Assembly (NCBI GenBank): GCA_044226015.1
Contig: JBGAHS010000002.1
Location: 625,571 to 689,570 of the forward strand
From: Candidatus Obscuribacteraceae bacterium
GTDB lineage: Bacteria > Cyanobacteriota > Vampirovibrionia > Obscuribacterales > Obscuribacteraceae
Length of the DNA: 64,000 bases
Direction: 5' to 3'
Notes under the pieces: model-generated
Seen by the model: only the letters and a program-made list of their open reading frames with translations
Told to the model about the DNA's origin: nothing
The model's database searches: none
Position numbers and translations under genes: made by a program
Shown here: positions 38,701 through 48,060 of the stretch, in pieces
Numbering within the stretch: position 1 is the stretch's first letter
How the letters are laid out: the number at the start of each line of letters is the position of its first letter

Positions 38701-38802
38701 TCCGAAGCCGCAAGGATGGCGCCCTTCCAGTCCAGAAGCCGCCAAGATCGCGCAGTTCCCAGTCCAGAAGCCGCCAAGATGGCGACTTTCCCAGTTCCGA
38801 AG
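38701..38802. repeat. Three 30-32 bp tandem repeats downstream of a stop codon
   Basis: TCC(A)GAAGCCGC(C/A)A(A/G)GAT(G/C)GCG...TTCC(C)AG at 38701, 38731 and 38763. Confidence 0.85.
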
Positions 38803-38870
38803 AAGGCTACATCGTTAGCCAATTTTGGTGCTACTATTTCTAAGCTGATTCCAGAAAAGGACGAATCGTT

Positions 38871-39665
38871 TTGAATAAGAGAAGGAAACTTGGTTCCACA
38901 ACGCTGATTATGGCTGCTGTCCTGCTACTCTCTGCTTCCTGCGCCAATGCGAAGGAGCATAAAGCAAAACCAGAAGTACAAGAACCCGCTCCAGCCACGC
39001 AGATTATAAAAAGCACGGGAGAGCTAACAAAAGCTGACCTCGCTACTGCAAATGGATCCGCACGAATAGGCATGTCTTCGGGAAACATCTACTGCGTGTT
39101 GACTTCGATTCAAACACGTGTACAGCTCGACCCAGATAAATGGAGTGGAGACGACGAAGCCACAAATTGGACAACCTGGCTCACAGCCTTCGACGACAAC
39201 CTCTATGCAAATTGGATTAAGAACGGCTCGGTTAACGGACAAGAGACTGTCGCAATTCGCATAAATCCGGACAGTTCAGTCGAAGTCACAAATAACAGTT
39301 TCTTCCCAGATAAAGACAATAAAGAGTCAAACTCACAACAAGTTTTCGAAGCTGCAATAGTCAAATCTTTGAATGAAACTCTGAAGATGGCAAAAGCAAT
39401 GCCAACTACAAAAAACAAATTGAAAGAAGTGCATATGTCGCTGACATTCATGCGAGATGTGAAGGCTGTTCCTCGCATCGGCAAGAACGCTTACGGCTTC
39501 GTTGCAGTCGTTGGTGACAAGGACTTCGTCACCGTTTACGAGCGCACCAGCGATGACGGACGCTTTCCAGGAATTCAAATTCTCACCGATATAGATGAAC
39601 CTGGCAAAGTTGTTCCACTAGATCAAGGTGCATTTGACCAAAAGGTAAGTGAATCAGAAAAGTAG
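38871..39665 (+). CDS. Exported hypothetical protein
   Basis: Signal peptide; 264-aa ORF; TTG start after AAAGGA. Confidence 0.7.
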   Translation: MNKRRKLGSTTLIMAAVLLLSASCANAKEHKAKPEVQEPAPATQIIKSTGELTKADLATANGSARIGMSSGNIYCVLTSIQTRVQLDPDKWSGDDEATNWTTWLTAFDDNLYANWIKNGSVNGQETVAIRINPDSSVEVTNNSFFPDKDNKESNSQQVFEAAIVKSLNETLKMAKAMPTTKNKLKEVHMSLTFMRDVKAVPRIGKNAYGFVAVVGDKDFVTVYERTSDDGRFPGIQILTDIDEPGKVVPLDQGAFDQKVSESEK

Positions 39666-39733
39666 CTGAGGCTAATCGAATTTTGCTAAAGGATCCTGCC
39701 TGGTGGCATAGACTGCCGTAAGGGAGCGCGAAC

Positions 39734-40450
39734 CTATTTCTTTTGATAGATTCGCTCAACGGCAGAGATAGCCTGATCAAGCAAGTTTTCCTTGTTATTC
39801 ATGATCGCGTTGTAGCGATCTTTAGCGGAGCTGCGTCCCCAGAGCTTGCAGTTATCGGCAAAGACTTTATCCGCTTCCGTGCCAGGGTACTTCAAATCCT
39901 TCATTATATGTGAACTGGTTTCAGGATCGAGCGGGTACACACGCCCGTTGCTTGCCTTCTCCCAGACGAGATGACCTTTTTGCGCTTCAATATCGACCTT
40001 GTCTTGCTGTTTGACCTTGGCATCGTAGAGTTCTTTGGCGGGGTTGAACATTACGTTGTGGAGGTTTCTCAGGCGCGAGGTTTCGTATTCATTTACTTGA
40101 ACATTCTTTCCATTCACATCAAAAACTTCATCCTTCAGTCCGCCCATTTCTCCGAACTTGTTCTGCGGGCTTACGGAGATGTGCTTCACATGGCCGGCGT
40201 CCTTGCCTTTGCCCATATCAAATTCAATGTGAGGAAGGCTTGAATTGAACACCTTTCCACTTTCAGATTTGGAAGCGTGATCGCCAGCGGCTTTTAGCCC
40301 TTGCAGTACAGTCTTCAATTCTGATGGATGCTGGGTGGCGATTTGCTGCAACTCGTCTTGAAACTTGTGCTGTCCTTCATGAGCCTGGTCGCTCTTAAAA
40401 GCGTTCTTCAGGTCTTGCACTTCGGTCTTTATATAGTTTCTGTCTTGCAT
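39734..40450 (-). CDS. Hypothetical protein
   Basis: Long ORF; start placed at ATG 40450 after GAGGGCGAGGA. Confidence 0.7.
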   Translation of the reverse strand: MQDRNYIKTEVQDLKNAFKSDQAHEGQHKFQDELQQIATQHPSELKTVLQGLKAAGDHASKSESGKVFNSSLPHIEFDMGKGKDAGHVKHISVSPQNKFGEMGGLKDEVFDVNGKNVQVNEYETSRLRNLHNVMFNPAKELYDAKVKQQDKVDIEAQKGHLVWEKASNGRVYPLDPETSSHIMKDLKYPGTEADKVFADNCKLWGRSSAKDRYNAIMNNKENLLDQAISAVERIYQKK

Positions 40451-40607
40451 TTCCTCGCCCTCACTCATTCCCAATGCGTTCCCAATGCGTTCATATTAGT
40501 CAGCAAATCTGAAAAAGATCTGAGAGTTTTTGACCTTGAGATATTGGGTTACGAAAATGTCAGGTGCATTGAATAAAGTTCATAAATCCGCGACTGAGGG
40601 CAGAGCA

Positions 40608-42284
40608 ATGGGTTCCAACGACAGACTCGAATACTCCGAATCTCCTTCTGACTCTTCAAGAGCCGATAGCACTTACGACCCAGTTGCTCTTTACCAAGAA
40701 GGCATTAGTAGCGGATATTTCGGACCCAAAGTAGGCGGTTGAGGAGGCGGCGTCTGCCCTCCAGGTGGAGGGAGCGACTACATAACTCCAGAGCAGTACC
40801 AACCAGTTTATCCAAGCGATTCGTCCCCACTACCCCCGATGAACATCTCGGGTGGAGTCATCAAACCCGAAGCAAACAAATGGGGCAGCAAATCTGAATA
40901 CATAAATGCGATCAACAAAGCTGGCTTTGACCATCAGTTGATTGATTCGGATAAAAACGAAGGCAAGCCTCAAGGCACATCTGAAGGTAAGCCAGAAGAG
41001 AATCAAGACAAACCAGAAGACAATTATAATTTCCACCAGGATGGAACATCAAAGGGCGACGCTGACCCATTCCAGTTCCACCAGGGCTCAAAAGACAAAC
41101 AAAATTCGAGCGACGGAAACAAGGGTGATTCATCCGAGAATCCAGATGGAAAAAAAGCCGAAAACTCTCCCGAAAAAGAATATCAAGACAAGTTAGCTTA
41201 CGCAGCCAAGAATGGCTTGCCAGTGGTCGTAGTCTTTGGCAATCAGGAAGCAAAAGACACGGAAAAAGCAGCGAACAACTTGCAGTCCAACATGCAATCC
41301 AAGGACGCTGTATACATTTACGCCGATACAAACAAAATTGATCCGAATTCTGACTTGGGCAAAGTCATCAGACGCAACGCGTCGAGCGGCGAAGGTCTCG
41401 GAGATTCAGGGAAGAGCGACATGAGCTTCACCGGTGTGTACACCGTTGAGAAGAAAGCTGATGGTTCACTCGGCATCGGCAAAACCATAGCAACTGTCCA
41501 TGGTGGCAGAGAAGAAATTTCTGCAATCGTGAAGGATCAACTGCAATACGCAAAACGCGGCACACTCAACCTTGGCGGAGGAGACCAGACTGCTCCACCA
41601 AATAACCCTGAGAACAAACCTAACGATCAAGACTTTCGTCCAAATCCGCAAGAGCCGAACCCAGACAAACAAAATAACCCTAACGACAACTCCAACAACA
41701 ATAACAACAACAGACCAGACGCTGATAAGAGCGATGGAAACGATCGTGAAACGTTCCAAAAACAACGTGACGAACGCTACAAACAGCGGCTCAAAGAACT
41801 TGAAGAAGTTGGTGGAAAGAAAGGATACAACCTCAAGCAATATGCACAGGGTTGGGGTCGCTTCCTTGAGCGTAATGAAGTTCCAGAAGGACCAGTGAAA
41901 GACGCTCTCAACGAATTCGGGCAGCAGATGCTGACCGGTGATTTCGATGGAAAGAAACTTGCAGAAATGATGGAAAAAGCTTCTGCAAGCAATCAACAGG
42001 CTTTGAATGAAGCTCTTCTTGCAGCCAATAAAGAACTCGGCAGCAGCGGATTGCGACTCAATGCAGACATCGACCCTGCAAGTGGCAAACTCAAGTCTAT
42101 TGAACTGACAGAGGCAGTTGCTTCAGGACAATCCAGAAACAGCTTGAGAATCAATAGTGATGGACAGTTCGTGTCTGGCACAGCAATGGACGTTCCAGGA
42201 GCGGCCCAGCAATTTAAGCCGATACCGATAGAAGAATTGTCCAGGCGACTGGCAAAGAAATCAGAACAAGCGGCGTGTCCGTGA
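40608..42284 (+). CDS. Candidate selenoprotein (558 aa if the TGA at 40740-40742 is recoded) with a Cys-less thioredoxin-like domain; otherwise a nonsense-disrupted gene
   Basis: GAGGG RBS and ATG 40608. The frame is continuous into ORF 40839-42284 except for one TGA (codon 45) in KVGG*GGGVCPP. YQDKLAYAAKNGLPVVVVFG resembles a thioredoxin-like N-terminus. Confidence 0.6.
40752..40778 (+). promoter_or_regulatory. Candidate bacterial SECIS element
   Basis: CCCUCC-AGGU-GGAGGG upper stem (40757-40772), GUC/GAC lower stem, unpaired U at 40755; loop starts 20 nt after the UGA. Confidence 0.5.
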
Positions 42285-42458
42285 AACGGCTAACCGATTG
42301 AAACCGTGAGTTTCAAAAGAAAATTGAAAGAGTAGTCTAAACCCTGAACTTCGCAGAATGCGGTGGCGAGTCAGAGCGGATGAATCAGTGTGAAGATGAG
42401 TCAGAGCGTCGACGACGATACGCTGCTAAACCCGTCAGGGGCGACGAGCCAGAAAGGG

Positions 42459-43022
42459 TCAACTTAGCTCTGGCAGCTTTTTAACGAATCCAAGTTGATA
42501 CATCTCTTCAAGGTCATGATTGCTAGCCTTAGCACATGTACCAAGTACAAAATCTGCAAAAGGTATCACCACGTTAAAATTCTTACTTGGATATTTGTGA
42601 TGCAACCAGTGGTATCGCGCAAGATACTTGTAGATTGGCCAATTGCTGAAACCGCGATGCTCAGGTTTGTGCATTTCGAGGTGAATCTTATTCCAAATCC
42701 AATGGTGCATGGTTGCTACAAAGACAAAAATTAGAGCGCCAGGCCAAGAGAAAATCGCAATTACAAGTGCGAAAGGAATAGCCTTTATTGGAGCCTTTTG
42801 CACTGTTAGACGAATCTCCTTGTCCTCCCCAACGGGCACGGGTTCATCAGTAAAATGTTCAGAATAGTGTTCTTTATGGTGGACGATAGCATGAGCTTGA
42901 AATGTTCGCTCAAATCTTGCAAAACTACGTCTATGCATCAAACGGCTATGCACTTGATGTTCAATAAAGGACATTAGTATGCAAGAAAAAATAAACCAGC
43001 CAAATAGCTGCAATACAAACAC
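42459..43022 (-). CDS. Fatty acid hydroxylase/sterol desaturase family membrane protein
   Basis: His boxes HSRLMH, HAIVHH, HLEMH, HWLHH, then NFNV; GTG start at 43022 after GGAG. Confidence 0.8.
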   Translation of the reverse strand: MFVLQLFGWFIFSCILMSFIEHQVHSRLMHRRSFARFERTFQAHAIVHHKEHYSEHFTDEPVPVGEDKEIRLTVQKAPIKAIPFALVIAIFSWPGALIFVFVATMHHWIWNKIHLEMHKPEHRGFSNWPIYKYLARYHWLHHKYPSKNFNVVIPFADFVLGTCAKASNHDLEEMYQLGFVKKLPELS

Positions 43023-43643
43023 AGTAGACTCCAGTAAGTACGGGATTAGGCTGGTTAGTTTCCGAAATCCTATCCTCATCAAAAGAAAAGATGTAAGAGT
43101 AGAGAAACTACATGCTGCATGGGTCACGCAGCTGGGTTAACTATAATCGTCACCGCGTTTTGTGAACGCTTTTCTCATGGGATAAGCAGCACTCAACCAT
43201 AAAAGAACTCAAGAAAATCCCCCGCACCTGATCGAAGCATAGCCGAAGAACGATCTCTTGCGGGTTAACTTATTACTAGCAACACATAGCGTTACTTATC
43301 ACAAAGCGATCACCTGGTGTGAACCTAATTTTTATCAACCCGAAAAGTCACAAAAGCTCTACCGTCCGCCGAAGAGTCAGCCACACAGGAGATCTAACTG
43401 TCCACACAGGATCAAGCCATCCTATCAGATGCTGGTTGGAAGCCCGGCGCTCCCAGACGAGAAGCCCACTCAGGATCTACTCGAACCAGAAGAGATCACC
43501 ACTCAAATCTTTTTGGTTCCTGGCTGAACACTAAGAATCGAGCTGCCACCACTTAAGCTCTACCACCCGCCACAACACATGATCAAACTGCTGATTCGAT
43601 CCAACCGGCAGCGCAAAAGACGTCTAGTATGCGAACCCGCGAT

Positions 43644-44846
43644 TTATACGACTTGCCCCGCAGAGAATCCCGAAGCCCATGCCCACTGGAAGTTGTAGCC
43701 TCCCAATTGACCAGTGACATCAACAACCTCGCCGACAAAATACAGACCTGGCACTTTTTTTGATTCCATTGTCTTTGCGGACAGCTCGTCAGTACTGACA
43801 CCGCCTCTGGTGACTTCAGCTTTCTGGTAACCGAAGTTTGCAGCAGGCACTAGTGACCACGCATGCAGTTTTCTACAAAAATCATCAAGCGTTTTGTCAG
43901 CGAGTGAATTGATTGGCCGCGAAGATTGAAATAGTTCGCAAAGCTTATCTGCAAGCCTCGCTGGCAACAACTCCTGCAATGCGTTTCGCAATTCCTTCTT
44001 GCTCTTTTGCGCCTGTAGTTCAGCCAGGAAAGCTCGCACATCAACATCTGGGCATGTGTCGATTTGAAGTGCATCGCCTGGATGCCAATAAAGAGAAGCC
44101 TGCAAAATGGCTGGTCCGCTCACGCCTGTATGAGTGAACAGCGTGTTTTCTCTAAAACTATGTTTTCGACATTTCACGGTGCTATCGAAAGATACTCCGG
44201 TTAGCTCGCCAAAGCTCTGCTTGTCTTGCGGCTTCAAATCGAAGCCAACAAGGGCAGGGTAGGTATCTTCCAACTTCAATCCGAATTGCTTTGCAATCTC
44301 GTAACCAAAACCGGTGGCTCCAATTTTCGGAATTGACAAGCCACCGGTTGCCACCACTACAGAATAAGTATGAATATCAGCATGCTCACACTGCACCACA
44401 AATCTACTTTCCTCATCAGCAGACTCTTGTCTTATTCTCTTCACCTTGGAACCAAGACGAAAACTTACTTTAGCCTTGCGACACTCCGTTACTAGCAGGT
44501 CAACAATTTGTTCTGCTGACTCATCACAGAATAACTGTCCAAGTTTCTTTTCGTGAAAGCGAATTTTGTGCGCTCGTACCAATGAAATGAAATCATTCGG
44601 TTGATATCGAGCCAGTGCTGATTTGCAAAAGTGAGGGTTAGCTGAATGATAATTTTCGGGCTTCGCGTGCAAGTTAGTAAAATTGCAACGTCCTCCACCA
44701 GAAATCAAAATCTTACGTCCGATCTTTTCCGAATGGTCAATGACAAGCACTCGCCGAAAGCGCTTCGCGGCTTCAATTGCACACATCATGCCTGCGCCAC
44801 CCGCGCCGATGACTACGACGTCTGTCTTAATAATTTCAGGTGACAC
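43644..44846 (-). CDS. HI0933/BaiN family NAD(P)/FAD-dependent oxidoreductase
   Basis: GAGGAG, KILISGGGRCNFTN, ATGGLSIP, FTHTGVSGP, GGYNFQWAWASG. Confidence 0.95.
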   Translation of the reverse strand: MSPEIIKTDVVVIGAGGAGMMCAIEAAKRFRRVLVIDHSEKIGRKILISGGGRCNFTNLHAKPENYHSANPHFCKSALARYQPNDFISLVRAHKIRFHEKKLGQLFCDESAEQIVDLLVTECRKAKVSFRLGSKVKRIRQESADEESRFVVQCEHADIHTYSVVVATGGLSIPKIGATGFGYEIAKQFGLKLEDTYPALVGFDLKPQDKQSFGELTGVSFDSTVKCRKHSFRENTLFTHTGVSGPAILQASLYWHPGDALQIDTCPDVDVRAFLAELQAQKSKKELRNALQELLPARLADKLCELFQSSRPINSLADKTLDDFCRKLHAWSLVPAANFGYQKAEVTRGGVSTDELSAKTMESKKVPGLYFVGEVVDVTGQLGGYNFQWAWASGFSAGQVV

Positions 44847-44861
44847 CGTTCAACCGTCCAA

Positions 44862-46499
44862 TCAACCTGACACCACTTTTGGTGCAGAGGTTTCAGAAGT
44901 ATCAATCAGCATTCGTTTTAAAATCTTCCCGGTAGAATTGCGAGGCAATGTTGATCTAAACTCCACAATGCGAGGCACTTTGTATTCAGCCATGTGCTCC
45001 GAGCAAAACTCCTTGACCTTGGATTCATCAAGATTTGCTCCGGACTTCAATACCAAAACAGCTTTGACACGCTCACCCATGAGCTTATCTGGCACACCCA
45101 CGACCGCAGCCTCTGCCACCTGCTCAAGCTTCAGCAAGACCTCTTCAATCTCCCGAGGGTAAATGTTAGCTCCACCTCGAATGATCATTTCCTTCTTACG
45201 ACCCACGATAAAGACATAACCATCTTCATCGATGTAGCCCAAATCGCCGGTGAAAAACCAGTCGCCGTCCATACTCTTTTGAGTTTCTTCAGGCAACTTG
45301 TAATAGCCTTTCATGATATTCGGACCTTTTATGCTCAACTCGCCTACATTTGCGGATCCGACAGAGAGCACAGTACCATCATCAGCGACCACACGCATTT
45401 CAACGCCTGGCAAGACTGGTCCTACCGAGCCAGCTTTCCGCACACCTTTTAGAGGATTGATCGTGGCCACACAAGCGGTTTCGGTCATGCCGAAGCCTTC
45501 AACTAACACCGCACCGAAAGCGGTTTCCAGTTGCTTAATCAGTTCAGGTGCAAGCGCGGCCGCACCACTGAAACATACGCGAACGGATTCGAGGTCGTAC
45601 TTATTTTTCTCAAGTTCCATCAGGCAAAACTGATACATTGCAGGAACAAGCGGTACCAGCGTCAGTCGTTCTTTCTCGATTATCTTCAGTGCCTGCACCG
45701 CTTCAAATTTAGGCATTATCGCCAGGGTGCCACCACGAGATAGCGTGCCAATCATGAGAATCGTAATTCCATAAATGTGGCACATAGGCAAAACGGCAAG
45801 AGTTTTGTCCAGCTCAGAAACGTCGAATAAGTCGAGCCTTTCTGGAAAAATGCTAAGCATATTGAAATGGCTTAGCATTGCGCCTTTGGGCTTTCCAGTC
45901 GTACCTGATGTATACACTATGAGGGCGAGGTCCTCATACGGGTTGATGTGACAGTACCAATCAACAGAATTCAGTTCTCTCAATTCCTGCGAGAGATCAA
46001 TAATAGGCACACCAAGCTGGCTTGCATTTCCAGAACAAGAAGTCGAAGTTGCAGAACTGGCACCGCATTCAGTATCACGACTTACGAATATGTGTTTAAG
46101 AATCGAACCTTCAGCTTGAGACTTAAGAGCCTCCGCAAGCGTACTTTCGTGCAAAATCAAGGTTGTTGATTCAGAATCACTCAATATATGCGCAATTTCG
46201 TCAGACTTGAGCAATGCATTGATTGGAACAATTGTAAGACCGAGTCCAGCAGCAGCAAAAAACGCAGCCACATAATCGGGATGATTTGGAAACAAGATTC
46301 CAACCTTCTCCCCTGGCTTCACACCAGCGTCTAGCAACTGAGTCGCAACCGCAGCAATTCGTTGCATCAGAACGGAAAAGGTCCAGCGTGTCTCATTGTA
46401 GACAAGCGCTTCTTTGTTCGGCAGGAGGATGGCTCGATTTTTCAGCAAAGCAAAGAAGTGCATCGACGCAGATAACTGGTCTGTCGAACCCTTACTCAT
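44862..46499 (-). CDS. Long-chain fatty acid--CoA ligase
   Basis: YTSGTTGKPKG, GFGMTE, TGDLG, GRKKEMIIRGGANIYPREIE, TGKILK. Confidence 0.93.
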   Translation of the reverse strand: MSKGSTDQLSASMHFFALLKNRAILLPNKEALVYNETRWTFSVLMQRIAAVATQLLDAGVKPGEKVGILFPNHPDYVAAFFAAAGLGLTIVPINALLKSDEIAHILSDSESTTLILHESTLAEALKSQAEGSILKHIFVSRDTECGASSATSTSCSGNASQLGVPIIDLSQELRELNSVDWYCHINPYEDLALIVYTSGTTGKPKGAMLSHFNMLSIFPERLDLFDVSELDKTLAVLPMCHIYGITILMIGTLSRGGTLAIMPKFEAVQALKIIEKERLTLVPLVPAMYQFCLMELEKNKYDLESVRVCFSGAAALAPELIKQLETAFGAVLVEGFGMTETACVATINPLKGVRKAGSVGPVLPGVEMRVVADDGTVLSVGSANVGELSIKGPNIMKGYYKLPEETQKSMDGDWFFTGDLGYIDEDGYVFIVGRKKEMIIRGGANIYPREIEEVLLKLEQVAEAAVVGVPDKLMGERVKAVLVLKSGANLDESKVKEFCSEHMAEYKVPRIVEFRSTLPRNSTGKILKRMLIDTSETSAPKVVSG

Positions 46500-46766
46500 C
46501 GCACTTCCTCTGCATTCCATACATGCGAATTATCGCCTGTGAGCAAGCTCAGTACTTTAGTGTCCTCTAACGCACCATGCGCTGAGCCGCAGCCAGACAG
46601 GAATACAAGCGCAAACAAAAGCAGCTGAGCCGCAAAATTGCTTATGCACCGTTCAGACACTTGCTCACTAATTCCCCAATGTTGCCTGAAAACAAGCGAT
46701 GCTGCTTACGGATTGGACGGCAACACTCTGCGGCGCGTACCCATAGCACACGGTGCCCGCAATCTT

Positions 46767-47306
46767 CTAGGAGATCGAAAACGCCCCCTTAAACGACTGT
46801 GGATAATGAACCTTGTAGCATTCATTATCGTCTTCGCAGTCTCGTTTGCTAGCAACGACAGCCCCTTCAAGAAACATCGACTCCGAGAGGGCGTCGATGA
46901 CTGTTTTTGCAGCCACCTCCACATCGATTACCATAGAGTAAATATTGATGGTGCTGTTGCCAATGTCACCACCTTCGCAATGCCCATTGCCAGTCCATCC
47001 GAGACATTCCTGAAGCAAGCCTTCGATCAAATGACGTGTCTCGAGGTCGCCAGGACTGCCCCACCCATCCAATTTATACTGAACAACGAGTTCACCGCGT
47101 GCTTCCATTTGATCAAATCCGTCAGAGAGCTTGGGTTTGCACTCGCGCTGAATGAGCCGTTCTCCATTTTCACTTGCAGCTAACTTGATTTCAGTGGTTT
47201 CGCCAATTTCGCCCAGTCGCCCCCAATGAGTCACAACCTTGCCAGTTTCTTCCCAAGCCTCCCAGTAGAGAATTTCATCGATATTCTTTTTGTACAGCTT
47301 TAGCAT
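46767..47306 (-). CDS. WGR-like domain protein
   Basis: LYWEAW...VVTHWGRLGEIG...KLSDGF N-terminal WGR-like pattern; acidic C-terminal domain with GWTGNGHCEGGDIG. Confidence 0.75.
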   Translation of the reverse strand: MLKLYKKNIDEILYWEAWEETGKVVTHWGRLGEIGETTEIKLAASENGERLIQRECKPKLSDGFDQMEARGELVVQYKLDGWGSPGDLETRHLIEGLLQECLGWTGNGHCEGGDIGNSTINIYSMVIDVEVAAKTVIDALSESMFLEGAVVASKRDCEDDNECYKVHYPQSFKGAFSIS

Positions 47307-47637
47307 TTGGATTTACGCTCAATCAGTGGCAGACAACTGGCTCGCAAGAATGACACCTGCATTCGGTATTTTCACAGAGGCATTTGCATAAACGCAAGTC
47401 AGCCTTAGGCATTCGGAGCTGTACGCATGATTTCGAAAAAAATTCGATTTGCGGACCTTAGACAGACCAAGCCGAAATCTGCAGGCGGATTTTGTTGCGA
47501 TATTGGATTGGATGACGATTGTAAATCTTGGGCTGAATCGATACAAAGCTCAAAGCAAGCCGCTCCGGCTCTTAAATCCTGGGCTGATGACTGCTTGAAA
47601 GCCAGTGTTTTCCCAGGAGCGAAGCGGGTCACCTGTC

Positions 47638-47988
47638 GAGTTCAGGGGAATATCTACGCACCATCGTCGCAGATAAACCTGAAAACTCCACCGGTACCGT
47701 TTGAGTTCTCGAAAATATCTTCGCACCCTCAGCCGCAGATAAACCTGAAAACTCCACCGGTACCGTTTGAGTTCTCAAAAATATCTTCGCACCCTCAGCC
47801 GCAGAAAATCCTGAAAACTCCGCCGGTACCGTTTGAGTTCTCGAAAATATCTTCGCACCCTCAGCCGCAGATAAACCTGAAAACTCCACCGGTACCGTTT
47901 GAGTTCTCAAAAATATCTTCGCACCCTCAGCCGCAGATAAACCTGAAAACTCCACCGGTACCGATTGAGTTCTCGAAAATATCTTCGC
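47638..47988. repeat. 66-bp palindromic tandem array (about 5 copies)
   Basis: Unit GCAGATAAACCTGAAAACTCCACCGGTACCGTTTGAGTTCTCGAAAATATCTTCGCACCCTCAGCC starts at 47669, 47735, 47801, 47867 and 47933 (last is partial); a degenerate partial unit starts at 47638. Confidence 0.95.
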
Positions 47989-48060
47989 TTCAATGGTCGA
48001 CAACAAAAGCAAAGGCGCCGCAAACCTAATCGCGACGCCAAATTTCAGAATTCGTTATTC

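Noticed and set aside
40740..40742. Genome-wide UGA reassignment (genetic code 4 or 25)
   Set aside because: Conserved genes end properly at TGA (macrodomain 3906, gmk/rpoZ ATGA overlap), and no other conserved gene in the window has an internal TGA
43258..43534. 89-aa and 71-aa ORFs in the intergenic gap
   Set aside because: TTG/GTG starts without RBS and no motifs; they overlap the degenerate repeat tract
47638..47988. CRISPR array
   Set aside because: The units are contiguous near-identical 66-mers without unique spacers, and there are no cas genes in the window
47427..48029. 200-aa (+) and 127-aa (-) ORFs through the array as real genes
   Set aside because: They stay open only because the 66-bp unit lacks stops in those frames. 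No RBS is evident, and the dispersed copy has a 1-nt indel and is intergenic.
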